Source of the DNA: Candidatus Poribacteria bacterium
GTDB taxonomy: Bacteria; Poribacteria; WGA-4E; PCPOR2b
Length of the DNA: 64,000 nt
Assembly: GCA_965116925.1 (NCBI GenBank)
Contig: OZ220744.1
Span: forward strand, 2,368,001 to 2,432,000
Direction of reading: 5' to 3'
Positions 1 through 9,595 of this stretch are shown in pieces (within the stretch, counting starts at the first letter, position 1; the number at the start of each line of letters is the position of its first letter). A program made the position numbers and the translations under genes. The notes under the pieces were generated by a model, which was not told the origin of the DNA, searched no databases, and saw only the letters and a list, made by a program, of their open reading frames with translations.

Positions 1-75
1 GTTGGGAATTTCCTTTTCCAAAAATCCCATTTCGGATACATTATCAAGTCTTTGGTACAAAAACTGTTCAGCCAT
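1..75 (-). CDS. 5' fragment of a gene running off the left edge (MAEQFLYQRLDNVSEMGFLEKEIPN...); possibly a type III restriction Res/helicase subunit
   Basis: Manual translation; ATG at 75 preceded by AGGGA. The product guess rests only on recollection of similar N-termini. Confidence 0.4.
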   Translation of the reverse strand, partial: MAEQFLYQRLDNVSEMGFLEKEIPN

Positions 76-134
76 TATAAATTCCCTTTAACTAGGATAG
101 CTCAAGTTGCGACGTACCCTATAATTCTGTACAT

Positions 135-552
135 TGCGCTCCGCTGGAGCGCGGAGATTAAACATATCGCCCATCTATAGACATATCGCTCCGCTGGAGC
201 GAATAAGAGAATCTCAACTCTCTTGTTGGTCCATCTGGATAAATGCTAGGCACGGTTGCCGCCGTAGTGGGAGAAGCTTCTAGCCTTGATATGCGTTCTC
301 AAGTGCTGCACCGCTGTGATTCAGCCAATAATCCGTGCAATCTGTGCCATCAGTTTAATCCGCGATTCAGACAAGGGATACATGTCGCCCCTCTGGGGCT
401 AAATGCACCAATGCACCATCTCCCGTCTCCCGTTCCGTTTTCTATCCTGTAAATCCTTCAATCCCCGATGAAGCATCGGGACTAAGAAGCCTGAAGATCC
501 TGATTCAGACAATAATGCGGAGTTACGGCACACGGAGTGTGCCTACTACTAT
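135..552. repeat. Cluster of short intergenic palindromes and repeats
   Basis: CGCTCCGCTGGAGCG twice (~138, ~188); GCCCCTCTGGGGC at ~387; GATTCAGAC twice; GGCACACGGAGTGTGCCTAC hairpin at ~527. Confidence 0.7.
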
Positions 553-574
553 AAAAAGAAAAAATCCTCCGGTG

Positions 575-748
575 TCAAATGCAACAGCTTTTTAGGCAAT
601 TTTCAACGATACGACACAGCTCTGAGAACACTTCTTGTTCATTATCTCCGTGACAGCCACCATAAAAGAGTCCCGGACAACTGCCAACATAGCATTGGTC
701 TTCATCAGACCATTCGACAATCTTGACGTAACGGCTGCTTGTATTCAT
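575..748 (-). CDS. HicB-like antitoxin, 57 aa, probably C-terminally truncated (not in ORF track)
   Basis: Manual translation MNTSSRYVKIVEWSDEDQCYVGSCPGLFYGGCHGDNEQEVFSELCRIVENCLKSCCI; GAGGA RBS; the WSDED..Y...P.L..C.G pattern is HicB-like. Confidence 0.65.
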   Translation of the reverse strand: MNTSSRYVKIVEWSDEDQCYVGSCPGLFYGGCHGDNEQEVFSELCRIVENCLKSCCI

Positions 749-795
749 TTTTTTGATTCCTCAATAGCGGCTTTGACAGCCCTTTCTTGTAGACA

Positions 796-1968
796 CTAGG
801 CACGATTGCCGCCGTAGGTGGAGGACAGATGTGTGTCTTCTGTGAAACGCCCTCCACGTAATGGCGTGATGTCCACCGTGCTGGCAGCACCGTCTGCGAT
901 GAGTTCTGCCATACATAGTCCAATGGCTGGCGAGATCTTGAAGGAGTGACCACTGCCGCCTACGGCAAGGTAGAGCCCCTCGACATCGGGGCTTTTGTCC
1001 AAGATCATGTTCCAGTCGGGGGTGACGGTGTATAGACCGCTCCATCCTTTAACGAACATTGCATCTTCCATTACTGGGAGCCGGTGGCTCAGGCGACGAG
1101 CGACGTCCTCGACAAAATCGCGGGAAACATCGCGTGAATATTGGTCGGGATCTGTCAGTTCGTTCTCTTTGGGGTGACCGACACCGATGAGGAGCCTCCC
1201 ACGCTGCTCAGGACGCCAATAGGTTCGATCTACCATGTTGGAAACGGAGTGACGCATGGGCGGTATATCCGCGGGTATTCGAGCGACGACTTCTGATTCG
1301 CGTGTAACTTTGAGAGGGAGGTCTAGCCCCACCCAACCCCCCACCGCTTTCGCCCAAGGTCCGGCGGCATTGACGACAACGGGTGTACTAATCTCGCCGT
1401 AATCCGTGACGACGGCAGAAACGCGCCCATTACTCAGTTTAATATCGCGGGCAGGGGTCTGGAGGTAGACTTGTGCGCCGTTGCTTTTGGCTTTGGCGGC
1501 GAAGGCACTCACCATGCCGTGGGGGTCTACATAACCGGAGTCCGGCTCGTGAGCCACGCAGCCGATCCCTTCCATATTTAAGCCCGGTAGTGCTTCGGCA
1601 GCATCTTCCAATGAAACCTCCCAAGTCCGTACACCCAACCGCTTCAGTTGTGCCATATTGTCATGGAAAATATCGGCAGCCTCCGGTGGGACCAAAAAAT
1701 ACCAACCGACGTTGTGAAGGACTTCTGCTCCATCAAACATTTCGGGAAAGCGCTGGAAAATTTCGAGGCTCTTCTTGACAAGACGGATACTGACTTCGTT
1801 GGAGTAGTGCTGACGCATAATTGCCGCTGAATCGCCTGTGGAACCGGCGCAGAGTAAGCCCTTCTCTAAGAGTACGACATTTCGCACGCCTTTAGCGGTT
1901 AGATGATACAGAAGGCTTGTGCCGATGGCACCTCCTCCGATGATGACTACATCGGCTGTCTTAACCAT
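796..1968 (-). CDS. FAD-dependent oxidoreductase (DAO / sarcosine oxidase beta-like)
   Basis: N-terminal DVVIIGGGAIG, VVNAAGPW, GGSGHSFK; start moved to ATG 1968 (AAGGAG RBS). Confidence 0.9.
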   Translation of the reverse strand: MVKTADVVIIGGGAIGTSLLYHLTAKGVRNVVLLEKGLLCAGSTGDSAAIMRQHYSNEVSIRLVKKSLEIFQRFPEMFDGAEVLHNVGWYFLVPPEAADIFHDNMAQLKRLGVRTWEVSLEDAAEALPGLNMEGIGCVAHEPDSGYVDPHGMVSAFAAKAKSNGAQVYLQTPARDIKLSNGRVSAVVTDYGEISTPVVVNAAGPWAKAVGGWVGLDLPLKVTRESEVVARIPADIPPMRHSVSNMVDRTYWRPEQRGRLLIGVGHPKENELTDPDQYSRDVSRDFVEDVARRLSHRLPVMEDAMFVKGWSGLYTVTPDWNMILDKSPDVEGLYLAVGGSGHSFKISPAIGLCMAELIADGAASTVDITPLRGGRFTEDTHLSSTYGGNRA

Positions 1969-1993
1969 TGATATTTCTCCTTTACCGATATTT

Positions 1994-2203
1994 CTATTTC
2001 CATACTTCATCCTCCGAATCATCCAACCATTCTTCAATCAAATTGGCACTATGATTTGAAAATAGCAATGTTTCGGTTTCATCATGCTGTGTCTGTCGCG
2101 CCCGTTGTTCATAGCGTTGTTTTATAAACAGGAAAAAGTCATAAATTTCCTGTTGTGCTTGCTCGGGCAAAGATTGCCACTCTTGATTATCAATTGCTTG
2201 CAT
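1994..2203 (-). CDS. DUF2281-like small protein (putative antitoxin)
   Basis: SLPEQAQQEIYDFFLFIKQR N-terminus and acidic W..D.EDEVW tail; GGAG RBS. Confidence 0.65.
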   Translation of the reverse strand: MQAIDNQEWQSLPEQAQQEIYDFFLFIKQRYEQRARQTQHDETETLLFSNHSANLIEEWLDDSEDEVWK

Positions 2204-2272
2204 TGCGATTCTCCATAGATTGGTTGTACTCCTTTAACTCGTAGCAACTGGCAACTTCATACTTATCGTATT

Positions 2273-2387
2273 GGCTCATGTAAAAACGGAGTGCAATTGC
2301 GGTGAACGCGTTGAGGGCGGGGCAAGATGCCCCGCCTACGGTTTTCGAGGTAAGTCGATGCTGTTGCACTAATTCTTAACATGAGCG
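2273..2387. mobile_element. MITE family A copy (degenerate)
   Basis: GGCTCATGTAAAA...GTGCAA / TTGCAC...TTAACATGAGC ends; core GGCGGGGCAAGATGCCCCGCCTAC; target duplication not clean. Confidence 0.7.
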
Positions 2388-2395
2388 ATAGCGTT

Positions 2396-3160
2396 TTACG
2401 CCTCCGGGGTCGGGTTGATGCCGTGAACCATTAATCCGTGTCCGGGGGAAACGTGGACATCTTTGAGCCGTTGATCGGTGGCGGAGCAGTATTGGAATAG
2501 GACAATGCGTCTTGGGTGATCAGATCTATTTAGGTATGAACCGTGTGGGGTCAGGTAGCTAAAGAGCAGCACATCGCCTGCGTTCCCTTCGCAGGGGGTC
2601 GCATCTTCAATGGGGTATTTCTGTGGTGAGAGGTAAAGTCCATCGGGTTCGTGTGGTAAGACTCCTTGTTTATGGACGCCCGGCATGACACACAGGCAGC
2701 CACTTTCTACGGTTGCATCTTCAAGATAAATGACCGCAGCAATCATCGAGTCATTTTCGTAGGGGAAATAGTGATAGTCTTGGTGCATCGGAAACGGGGA
2801 GCCTTTTTCGGGCGGCTTGACGTGTAGTTTTGTGTGATGCAGTTGAACATTGGGCCCAATCAAATCAGCGACAATCTGCGCTAACTTTGGATTGACCAAC
2901 ATCCGGGTGAAAACTGCGGAATGGTATTGCATGTTATGGATACCGAGCATTGATGTCTTGCCAAGTTCTTCTTTGGGAATTTGGGTTTCTTGCCATTTGC
3001 CTCGCCATGTGCCTTCAAGTCGGCGTCCACTCTGCTGGACGCGGTCAAACATCGCATCGGTTTCGCGGACGCATTCCTCAATCTCTTCAGGTGTGAAGAC
3101 CCCTTCGGCGAGGAGGTAGCCGTTATCTTTGTAAAATTGAATTTGTTTGGGTGTCAGCAT
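2396..3160 (-). CDS. Phytanoyl-CoA dioxygenase (PhyH) family protein
   Basis: FYKDNGYL, HQD and distal HGS..N.S..R iron/2OG motifs. Confidence 0.9.
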   Translation of the reverse strand: MLTPKQIQFYKDNGYLLAEGVFTPEEIEECVRETDAMFDRVQQSGRRLEGTWRGKWQETQIPKEELGKTSMLGIHNMQYHSAVFTRMLVNPKLAQIVADLIGPNVQLHHTKLHVKPPEKGSPFPMHQDYHYFPYENDSMIAAVIYLEDATVESGCLCVMPGVHKQGVLPHEPDGLYLSPQKYPIEDATPCEGNAGDVLLFSYLTPHGSYLNRSDHPRRIVLFQYCSATDQRLKDVHVSPGHGLMVHGINPTPEA

Positions 3161-3194
3161 GGGTTCACTCCGTGTTAGTTCATTGGTTCATTAG

Positions 3195-5063
3195 TTATCG
3201 TCGCTTAAACCGGCTCTCTAGTTCATTTCGGTGCATTTCTACAATGATGGGGCGTGCGTGTGGACAGTTAAACGGCAGCTTTGCTTGAGAGAGATCTTTG
3301 ATTAGGTTGACCATCTCCTCCATCGTCAGTACATCCCCGGCTTTCACGGCGGACTTGCAGGCGAGCATGATGAGTGCCTTGTCTTGTGCTTCGAGATGTT
3401 CTACGGTTGGTGTTGTGGCATTCCCGATCCCATCTAGCAGATCTGTGACTGTCGCGCTGACAAGCCCTGTGGGTAGCGTTGCGGGGATAGATCTGACAAG
3501 GATTGTTTTTCCGCCGAATCGCTCTACATCGAAACCGAGTTTTTTGAACATTTCGCTGTGGGTGTCAAGTGTTGTCAATTGTTGGGGTGTTGCTTCAATG
3601 GTGACAGGCAGCAACAGTCCCTGCACAGGAATGCTGTCTGTTTTTAGTTGTTCGACAAAACGTTCGTACAACACGCGCTCGGCTGCAACGTGTTGGTCAA
3701 TCAGGAAGACCCGATCTCCGCCTTCTGCGACGATGTAGGTATTAAACAGATTGGTTTTTAGTTGGACACCTTCAAAGTCGAGGAGCTGAAGCTCTGTCCC
3801 GTCGGGGATTGGGTGTTGTGGTAGCTGCACCGATTCGACCTGAAGGGGTTCACCCTGTGGATCAGGTGCTTCGGGTTGTAACGGTGTAGTGATCGGATCG
3901 GAGGTTGGCACCGGTTGTATAGATTCGCTCTGTTCCGTAGGGAAGATGGAGGTGCGTGTATCCCCTTCTATTCGCGGTCGTTGCGGTGGAAAGTTTTTGG
4001 GGACATCTTTGCCTTCAACCGTTGGATCTTGCGCCGATTCAATTTTTCCCTCTTGGGTTTCTATTTTGGGGATATATTTGTTCTTGTAGATGCTGCTATG
4101 TAGCAGACGCACCACTCCGCTGTAAAGGCTGCGCTCGTTCTGGAATCGCACCTCGATCTTGGCTGGGTGGACATTGACATCAACGTGCTGTCCATTCATT
4201 GTGAGGAACAGAAACGCGACGACATACCGATCCTTCGGGACCATAGATCGCATCGCCTCGTTGAGGGCTGCGCCAAGCACTTTGCTCCGGATAGGGCGCC
4301 GGTTCAAGAAAAAGAGTTGATAGTTACGGTTTGCCTTCGTAAAATCGGGTTTGCCGATAAAGCAGTGGAGATGAAGGTTCGGGAGATCGGCATCGAACTC
4401 GATCAAATTTTCGGCGAACTCTTTTCCATATAGGAGACGGATGCGTTCTATATAAGATTCACACGCTCGGACATCAATGAGAGAGCGATTGTTGTGCGAG
4501 AGGGAAAACTGGGTTTGCGGGTTAGCAAGCGCTGCCCACATCACCTGATTTGTGATGTGATTCAACTCTGTCGCATCAGTTTTGAGGAATTTCAGCCGTG
4601 CTGGTACGTTGAAAAAGAGGTTATTGACCGTGATGTGTGTCCCCGGCGAGCAACCGCTTGCCTGTACAGGACGAATCACACCACCTTCGACGGGGATCTT
4701 TGTGCCTTCGACTGCGTCGAGGGTTCGTGTCAGCAGTTCAAACTGGGATACTGACGCTATACTCGGAAGTGCTTCCCCACGAAATCCGAACGTTTGGATA
4801 GTTTCTAAATCTTCAACGGTGTTGATTTTACTGGTTGCGTGGCGTTCTATAGCGATGAGCGCGTCCTCACGGCTCATGCCTGCGCCGTTATCTGAGACTG
4901 AGATGATTCGCTTGCCACCCGCCCGGATTTCGACATTGATTTTCGTGCTCTCGGCGTCGATTGCATTTTCGACTAACTCCTTAACCACGGATGCCGGACG
5001 TTCAACGACCTCGCCGGCGGCAATTTTGTTCGATATGTCAGGGGGTAAGATCCTGATTGGCAT
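3195..5063 (-). CDS. mutL: DNA mismatch repair endonuclease MutL
   Basis: IAAGEVVERPASVVKELVENAIDA, GFRGEALPSI, DQHVAAER, CPHARP. Confidence 0.98.
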   Translation of the reverse strand: MPIRILPPDISNKIAAGEVVERPASVVKELVENAIDAESTKINVEIRAGGKRIISVSDNGAGMSREDALIAIERHATSKINTVEDLETIQTFGFRGEALPSIASVSQFELLTRTLDAVEGTKIPVEGGVIRPVQASGCSPGTHITVNNLFFNVPARLKFLKTDATELNHITNQVMWAALANPQTQFSLSHNNRSLIDVRACESYIERIRLLYGKEFAENLIEFDADLPNLHLHCFIGKPDFTKANRNYQLFFLNRRPIRSKVLGAALNEAMRSMVPKDRYVVAFLFLTMNGQHVDVNVHPAKIEVRFQNERSLYSGVVRLLHSSIYKNKYIPKIETQEGKIESAQDPTVEGKDVPKNFPPQRPRIEGDTRTSIFPTEQSESIQPVPTSDPITTPLQPEAPDPQGEPLQVESVQLPQHPIPDGTELQLLDFEGVQLKTNLFNTYIVAEGGDRVFLIDQHVAAERVLYERFVEQLKTDSIPVQGLLLPVTIEATPQQLTTLDTHSEMFKKLGFDVERFGGKTILVRSIPATLPTGLVSATVTDLLDGIGNATTPTVEHLEAQDKALIMLACKSAVKAGDVLTMEEMVNLIKDLSQAKLPFNCPHARPIIVEMHRNELESRFKRR

Positions 5064-5104
5064 GGTCAACTCCTAATACGTGAAACGTGAAACGTAAAAA
5101 GTAT

Positions 5105-5236
5105 GGCTCATGTTAAGAAAGCGTGCAACAGCAACCGAGTTTTCGTAGGGGTTGGGTCACCCAACCCTTACTACGGGCGGGGAAACCCCGCCCCTACGAT
5201 TTCGTTCATATTTTGCACTTTCTTTTTACATGAACC
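5105..5236. mobile_element. MITE family A with 8-bp target site duplication AAAAGTAT
   Basis: GGCTCATGTTAAGAAA...TTTTTACATGAACC; AAAAGTAT at 5097-5104 and 5237-5244; two GTAG/CTAC hairpins inside. Confidence 0.85.
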
Positions 5237-5304
5237 AAAAGTATATTAACGCAAGTTACCACATGTGCTCCGCTGGGGTTTTGATAGTTCTTCAGTAATC
5301 AATA

Positions 5305-5667
5305 TCAATCTTCTTGTGATTCGATATAGATACGTAACACTGCGTTCATTTTTACTAGGTACTGGTCATCCGTTTTCTCGAACCATTCCAAGACTTCCCT
5401 ATCCACAGGAATCAAGGCATACTTTCCACCATTTGCTAACAACTCACCAATTGTCTGCTCATCCTCCCACAGCATCTCTCCATTGGCATAGATAGCCCGT
5501 TTGAAACGGTTCAATTCTGTCTCGGTTAGTGGTTGAGCATCAGGGTCAGACTGAGCCGTTTTGTATAGGTCTTCGTCCGTCATCTTGTCAACCCGCTCCC
5601 AATCGGTCTCATCAATCTGCCCTTCAATTTCGTCAAGGGTATATGAGGAGATATTTTCGTCTTTCAT
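5305..5667 (-). CDS. BrnA-like antitoxin (type II TA)
   Basis: TDWERVDKMTDED..DPDAQPL and C-terminal D.EVLEWF...MNAVLR; overlaps the toxin gene. Confidence 0.85.
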   Translation of the reverse strand: MKDENISSYTLDEIEGQIDETDWERVDKMTDEDLYKTAQSDPDAQPLTETELNRFKRAIYANGEMLWEDEQTIGELLANGGKYALIPVDREVLEWFEKTDDQYLVKMNAVLRIYIESQED

Positions 5668-5911
5668 CTTTCGTTGCCTTTCTCGCTGAAATGATTCGGA
5701 TGTTCCGGTTACGCAGGGTATAAACTACCTGTAAAATTCTGGATTCTATTCGTCCAATCGCAATCCGTCGTTCCTCACCATAGTCGTTTCGATTATCTTC
5801 CCACTGTAGCACTTGACCGTTGAAAATCGTTGCAGCTTTCCGAAAGCTGATACCATGTTTTTGAATATTTTGTCGGTTTTTTCGTTCGTCCCATTCAAAG
5901 GTGATTGGCAT
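5633..5911 (-). CDS. BrnT family toxin (DUF497)
   Basis: FEWDERKNRQNIQKHGISF...YGEER...IRIISARKA; the upstream ORF extension lies in the tRNA and is discarded. Confidence 0.9.
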   Translation of the reverse strand: MPITFEWDERKNRQNIQKHGISFRKAATIFNGQVLQWEDNRNDYGEERRIAIGRIESRILQVVYTLRNRNIRIISARKATKDERRKYLLIYP

Positions 5912-5928
5912 AATGAGATGAAGCAGTG

Positions 5929-6022
5929 TGGCGGGAGAGGGTGGGAGTCGAACCCACCTACCCACTTGCATGGGCAAGCTGGTTTTGAAGACCAGTAGAG
6001 CCACCGGACCCTATCCCCTCCC
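5929..6022 (-). tRNA. selC: tRNA-Sec (anticodon UCA)
   Basis: GGGAGGGG...CTGGTCTTCAAAACCAG...GTGGGTTCGACTCCCAC-CCTCTCCC-GCCA; 8-bp acceptor stem, 5-bp T stem, long variable arm, encoded CCA; next to selB. Confidence 0.97.
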
Positions 6023-6116
6023 AGATAGAAATTTAGACAAAATTTGTTTAATTCACCTGAATTTTCCCATTTTTCCCGTGAAATTGTAGGTTTTCCCGAT
6101 TGAAAGAAGATGCTTG

Positions 6117-8039
6117 CTACGCTCGACGTTGAGATTTTCGTAGCCGTCGGTGGTTTCCTTCGCGGATTGTCAATCCTTGCCCGTCGCAGTATTCGAGAAA
6201 CGGCACAGCGTATTTCCTGCTGGTTTGTGCGAGCTCTCGGAATTCGGCAACGGTTATTATATCATTTTTCTGGAGGTAATCGGTAAGCGAATTCACAATT
6301 TCTTCAAACATTTGGGTATGAATAAATAGGTCATCTGCAATTCTAATGAATCGTCCGAGGTTCATCAGCGCGTAAAAGGTCTGCTGCACTGACTGCGGCG
6401 GATATTCAGACAGTTGGGCAGTCAATTCAGTCATGGCTGGGGTATTTATGCCAGCGTCGAAGAAGATTTTTTCGATTTTTTCCTTGATATCTTCCTCCTC
6501 TCCTGAGAATTGGATTTGATGCGACGATAGGCGTAGTAGATTCCCATCGGTGATAATCTCTTGCTGGCGAACTAGTTGATCGACAATTTTCTCAAAGCCG
6601 ATTTCGTCGAGTTTGAGTTGGAGACGGAGTTGCGAGGTGTTTTGACCGGGGGCGAGCGGTTGATCTTCATGGAAATTTGCTAGCGCGTTAATCAGACTGG
6701 CTTGTGCTTGTTCTGTCCGATCCATCGCAGAAACGAGTGGCGTGGCTCCCGGCCAACGTACAATTTCTTGATGGTCCTCAAGATCTTTTAGTAACCCTCT
6801 GAAATCTGCATCGGTATAAGGGAGGTAGTAGCGGAGAAATTCTTCTGGCACGCAGAGTTCACGGTTTTGTGCCAATACCAATCTCACAACTTCGGCATCA
6901 TCTGCGTCTTCCCACACTGTGAGGGTTTCCAGTGTCTCTTCCGTGAATCGTTTGTGGCGTGGAGCGAATGGGTTAATCACTCGTCCGCCGCCGACCGTAT
7001 GTTGGGCGGAGAAATCGCGCACGATAAACCGATCTCCCTTGAAGGTCAAAATCGGTTTCTCAAGGCGTAGCTGGAGCTGCGTCGAATCCCCCGGCAGAAC
7101 CCCTTCGTCCATCAGTAGGATTGCGCGGCAAAATGTCTCGCTTGTTCCGAGATAAAACCGTAGGCGCGTCCAGTGTTCAAGCATTCTTGGGAAGGATGAC
7201 AGGAGGTTAAGTGACACGTCAATATTGTCTGTGACCTCTGAAAATCCGCTTGGACAGAGTACATTCCCCCGTTCAATTTGGTCTTTGGTGATGCCTGACA
7301 GATTCAACGCTGTCCGTTGTCCTGACTGTGCGTTTTCCGCTTGTTCATTGTGAACTTGGACGCCGCGGACACGTACCTCTTGTCCTTGGGGTAGCATGAC
7401 GAGCCGTTGTTCGCGTTGGATTGTGCCGCCCATCAGCGTGCCTGTCACTACCCCGCCGAACCCTGTCATCGAAAAGACGCGGTCCACATATAGGCGTGGG
7501 ATTCCATTATGCCGCTCTGCTTGCGCCTCCGTATTGACACACGCCACGATTGTACTCTTGAGTTTATCTAAGCCGTCGCCTGTTATCGCTGAGACATGGA
7601 CGGTGGGTGAGCCTTCGAGGGTTGTTCCGACCAACATCTCTTGGGACATTTCGGCGGATTCCGCCAGCTGGTCGGGCGTCACCAGATCCACCTTCGTCAT
7701 GACGAGGATGCCGGTCGAAATGCCGAGTAGATCGAGGATCTCCAGATGTTCCAGCGTCTGTTCCTGTACACCTTCTTTTGCATCAACGACAAGCAGCACC
7801 ATGTCCATCCCGTACGCGCCTGAGAGCATGTTTCGGATAAACCGCTCATGTCCGGGGACATCAACGATTCCGGCACGCGAACCGTCCGGCAGATCGAAGT
7901 AGGCGAAACCCAACTCGATTGACAGACCGCGTTCTTTCTCCTCTTTGAGCCGATCGGTTTCGATGCCGGTGAGGGCGTGTATCAGAGCGGATTTCCCGTG
8001 GTCAACGTGTCCGGCGGTGCCGATGATGATATGTCGCAT
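6117..8039 (-). CDS. selB: Selenocysteine-specific elongation factor SelB
   Basis: [20 protein letters not shown]-terminal [11 protein letters not shown] winged helix. Confidence 0.97.
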   Translation of the reverse strand: MRHIIIGTAGHVDHGKSALIHALTGIETDRLKEEKERGLSIELGFAYFDLPDGSRAGIVDVPGHERFIRNMLSGAYGMDMVLLVVDAKEGVQEQTLEHLEILDLLGISTGILVMTKVDLVTPDQLAESAEMSQEMLVGTTLEGSPTVHVSAITGDGLDKLKSTIVACVNTEAQAERHNGIPRLYVDRVFSMTGFGGVVTGTLMGGTIQREQRLVMLPQGQEVRVRGVQVHNEQAENAQSGQRTALNLSGITKDQIERGNVLCPSGFSEVTDNIDVSLNLLSSFPRMLEHWTRLRFYLGTSETFCRAILLMDEGVLPGDSTQLQLRLEKPILTFKGDRFIVRDFSAQHTVGGGRVINPFAPRHKRFTEETLETLTVWEDADDAEVVRLVLAQNRELCVPEEFLRYYLPYTDADFRGLLKDLEDHQEIVRWPGATPLVSAMDRTEQAQASLINALANFHEDQPLAPGQNTSQLRLQLKLDEIGFEKIVDQLVRQQEIITDGNLLRLSSHQIQFSGEEEDIKEKIEKIFFDAGINTPAMTELTAQLSEYPPQSVQQTFYALMNLGRFIRIADDLFIHTQMFEEIVNSLTDYLQKNDIITVAEFRELAQTSRKYAVPFLEYCDGQGLTIREGNHRRLRKSQRRA

Positions 8040-8054
8040 GGTATCCTATTCTTT

Positions 8055-9500
8055 CTAAGTCGAATGGTTCAATCCCCCTTGAAGTTGTTCCATCACACCC
8101 TTTGCTGCTTTGACGATCCGCTCCAGTTCTCCTTCAAACACTGTCCGAACATCGAACCGGAGTCGCTCGTCCTGTACGCGGCCAATTATGGGTTTCGGTT
8201 GCGCTCGGAAGTGTGCCGCGAGGGTTTCGGTGGAGATTTGCGGCGCGTGTAGGCTGACAGCTAGACTCGGTAATGTATCGACGGGTAGCGAACCGCTACC
8301 AATCTGTGCGGTGCTTTCTTCAACCGTAACTTGGATTACGTCATCGAAGATTTGCCGGAGATGATTGGCGAGTTTTTCAGCGACCTCACGGATCTCGGCT
8401 ATTGGTCGCGTGTAACGCTGAAGCATTGGTAGTTTTTCGGTCAGTTCCTTTTCGTTAAGGTAGAGCCGTAGGGTGGCTTCGAGTGCAGCGATGGTGAGTT
8501 TTCCGACGCGCAACGCTCGCATCAATGGATTCTTGCGAATTTGCTCGATTGCGTCCAACCGACCCACAATAATCCCCGCCTGCGATCCGCCGAGCAGCTT
8601 GTCACCGCTGAATGTGACGACATCGACACCGGCATCTACCCGCTCGCGTACCACCGGCTCATGGGGCAAACCGTAACGGGTCAGATCAATCAACGAACCG
8701 CTTCCGAGGTCCTCCATCGTTGGTATGCTGTGTTGACGTCCAAGTTCGGTGATTTCTTCCATTGTGGGGGTTGAAGCGAATCCGACGACCTTGTAGTTGC
8801 TCGGATGTACCTTCAGCATCAATGCCGTGTTTTCGTTGATTGCGTTCTCGTAATCTCGAAGATGTGTTCGGTTTGTCGTCCCTACCTCGCGCAAAATGGC
8901 TCCGCTCGCCTCCATCACATCGGGGATGCGGAACGCCCCACCGATTTCAATGAGTTCGCCGCGGGATACGATGACCTCTTTATCGCGTGCTAAGGTATTC
9001 AACGCCAGTAGTACAGCTGCTGCGTTATTGTTCACGATTGTTGAGGCTTCGCATCCCGTCAATCGCTTCAACAGGGGTTCCGTCAGTCGGTCTCGGTGCC
9101 CACGCCCACCGGTATCCAGATCGTACTCCAGATTCACATAGTTAGCAGCGGCTTGCGCGAGGCTTTCAGCTGCCGAAGCACTGAGCAGTGATCTGCCAAG
9201 GTTGGTGTGTGTGATTGTGCCGGTGGCGTTGACAATTGAACGGAGTGCGGGAGCGGTTAGGGTTCCAAGTTCCGCTCGGACGAGTGCTGCATACACCGAT
9301 TCATCGGGAGGTTCCGCGATTTTTTCGTTAAGGATTTGCCCCCGAATTTCCGCAGTGACGGTGCGTAAAGCCTCCGTTATGAGATCTCGCGAATAGTTTT
9401 CCTGCATTCGGAGAAACGGTTCGCGGGAGAGCAACTGTTCAATGGCGGGGATGCGGCGTAAAGCCTCACCCTGTTCTGGGGTTAATTTTTTTGCCGGCAT
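8055..9500 (-). CDS. selA: L-seryl-tRNA(Sec) selenium transferase SelA
   Basis: NATGTITHTNLGRS, VSRGELIEIGG.FRIPD, FSGDKLLGG PLP lysine. Confidence 0.97.
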   Translation of the reverse strand: MPAKKLTPEQGEALRRIPAIEQLLSREPFLRMQENYSRDLITEALRTVTAEIRGQILNEKIAEPPDESVYAALVRAELGTLTAPALRSIVNATGTITHTNLGRSLLSASAAESLAQAAANYVNLEYDLDTGGRGHRDRLTEPLLKRLTGCEASTIVNNNAAAVLLALNTLARDKEVIVSRGELIEIGGAFRIPDVMEASGAILREVGTTNRTHLRDYENAINENTALMLKVHPSNYKVVGFASTPTMEEITELGRQHSIPTMEDLGSGSLIDLTRYGLPHEPVVRERVDAGVDVVTFSGDKLLGGSQAGIIVGRLDAIEQIRKNPLMRALRVGKLTIAALEATLRLYLNEKELTEKLPMLQRYTRPIAEIREVAEKLANHLRQIFDDVIQVTVEESTAQIGSGSLPVDTLPSLAVSLHAPQISTETLAAHFRAQPKPIIGRVQDERLRFDVRTVFEGELERIVKAAKGVMEQLQGGLNHST

Positions 9501-9595
9501 GTTTTTTTAATCCATGTTAAATTCACCGCAGAGGCGCAGAGTGCACAGAGTTTTTCTTGTTTTTCTCCGTGTTTGCTTTGGTAAAATTGTTGTCC

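Noticed and set aside
5912..6004. N-terminal extension of the BrnT ORF
   Set aside because: Lies within tRNA-Sec; the family-like sequence starts at 5911.
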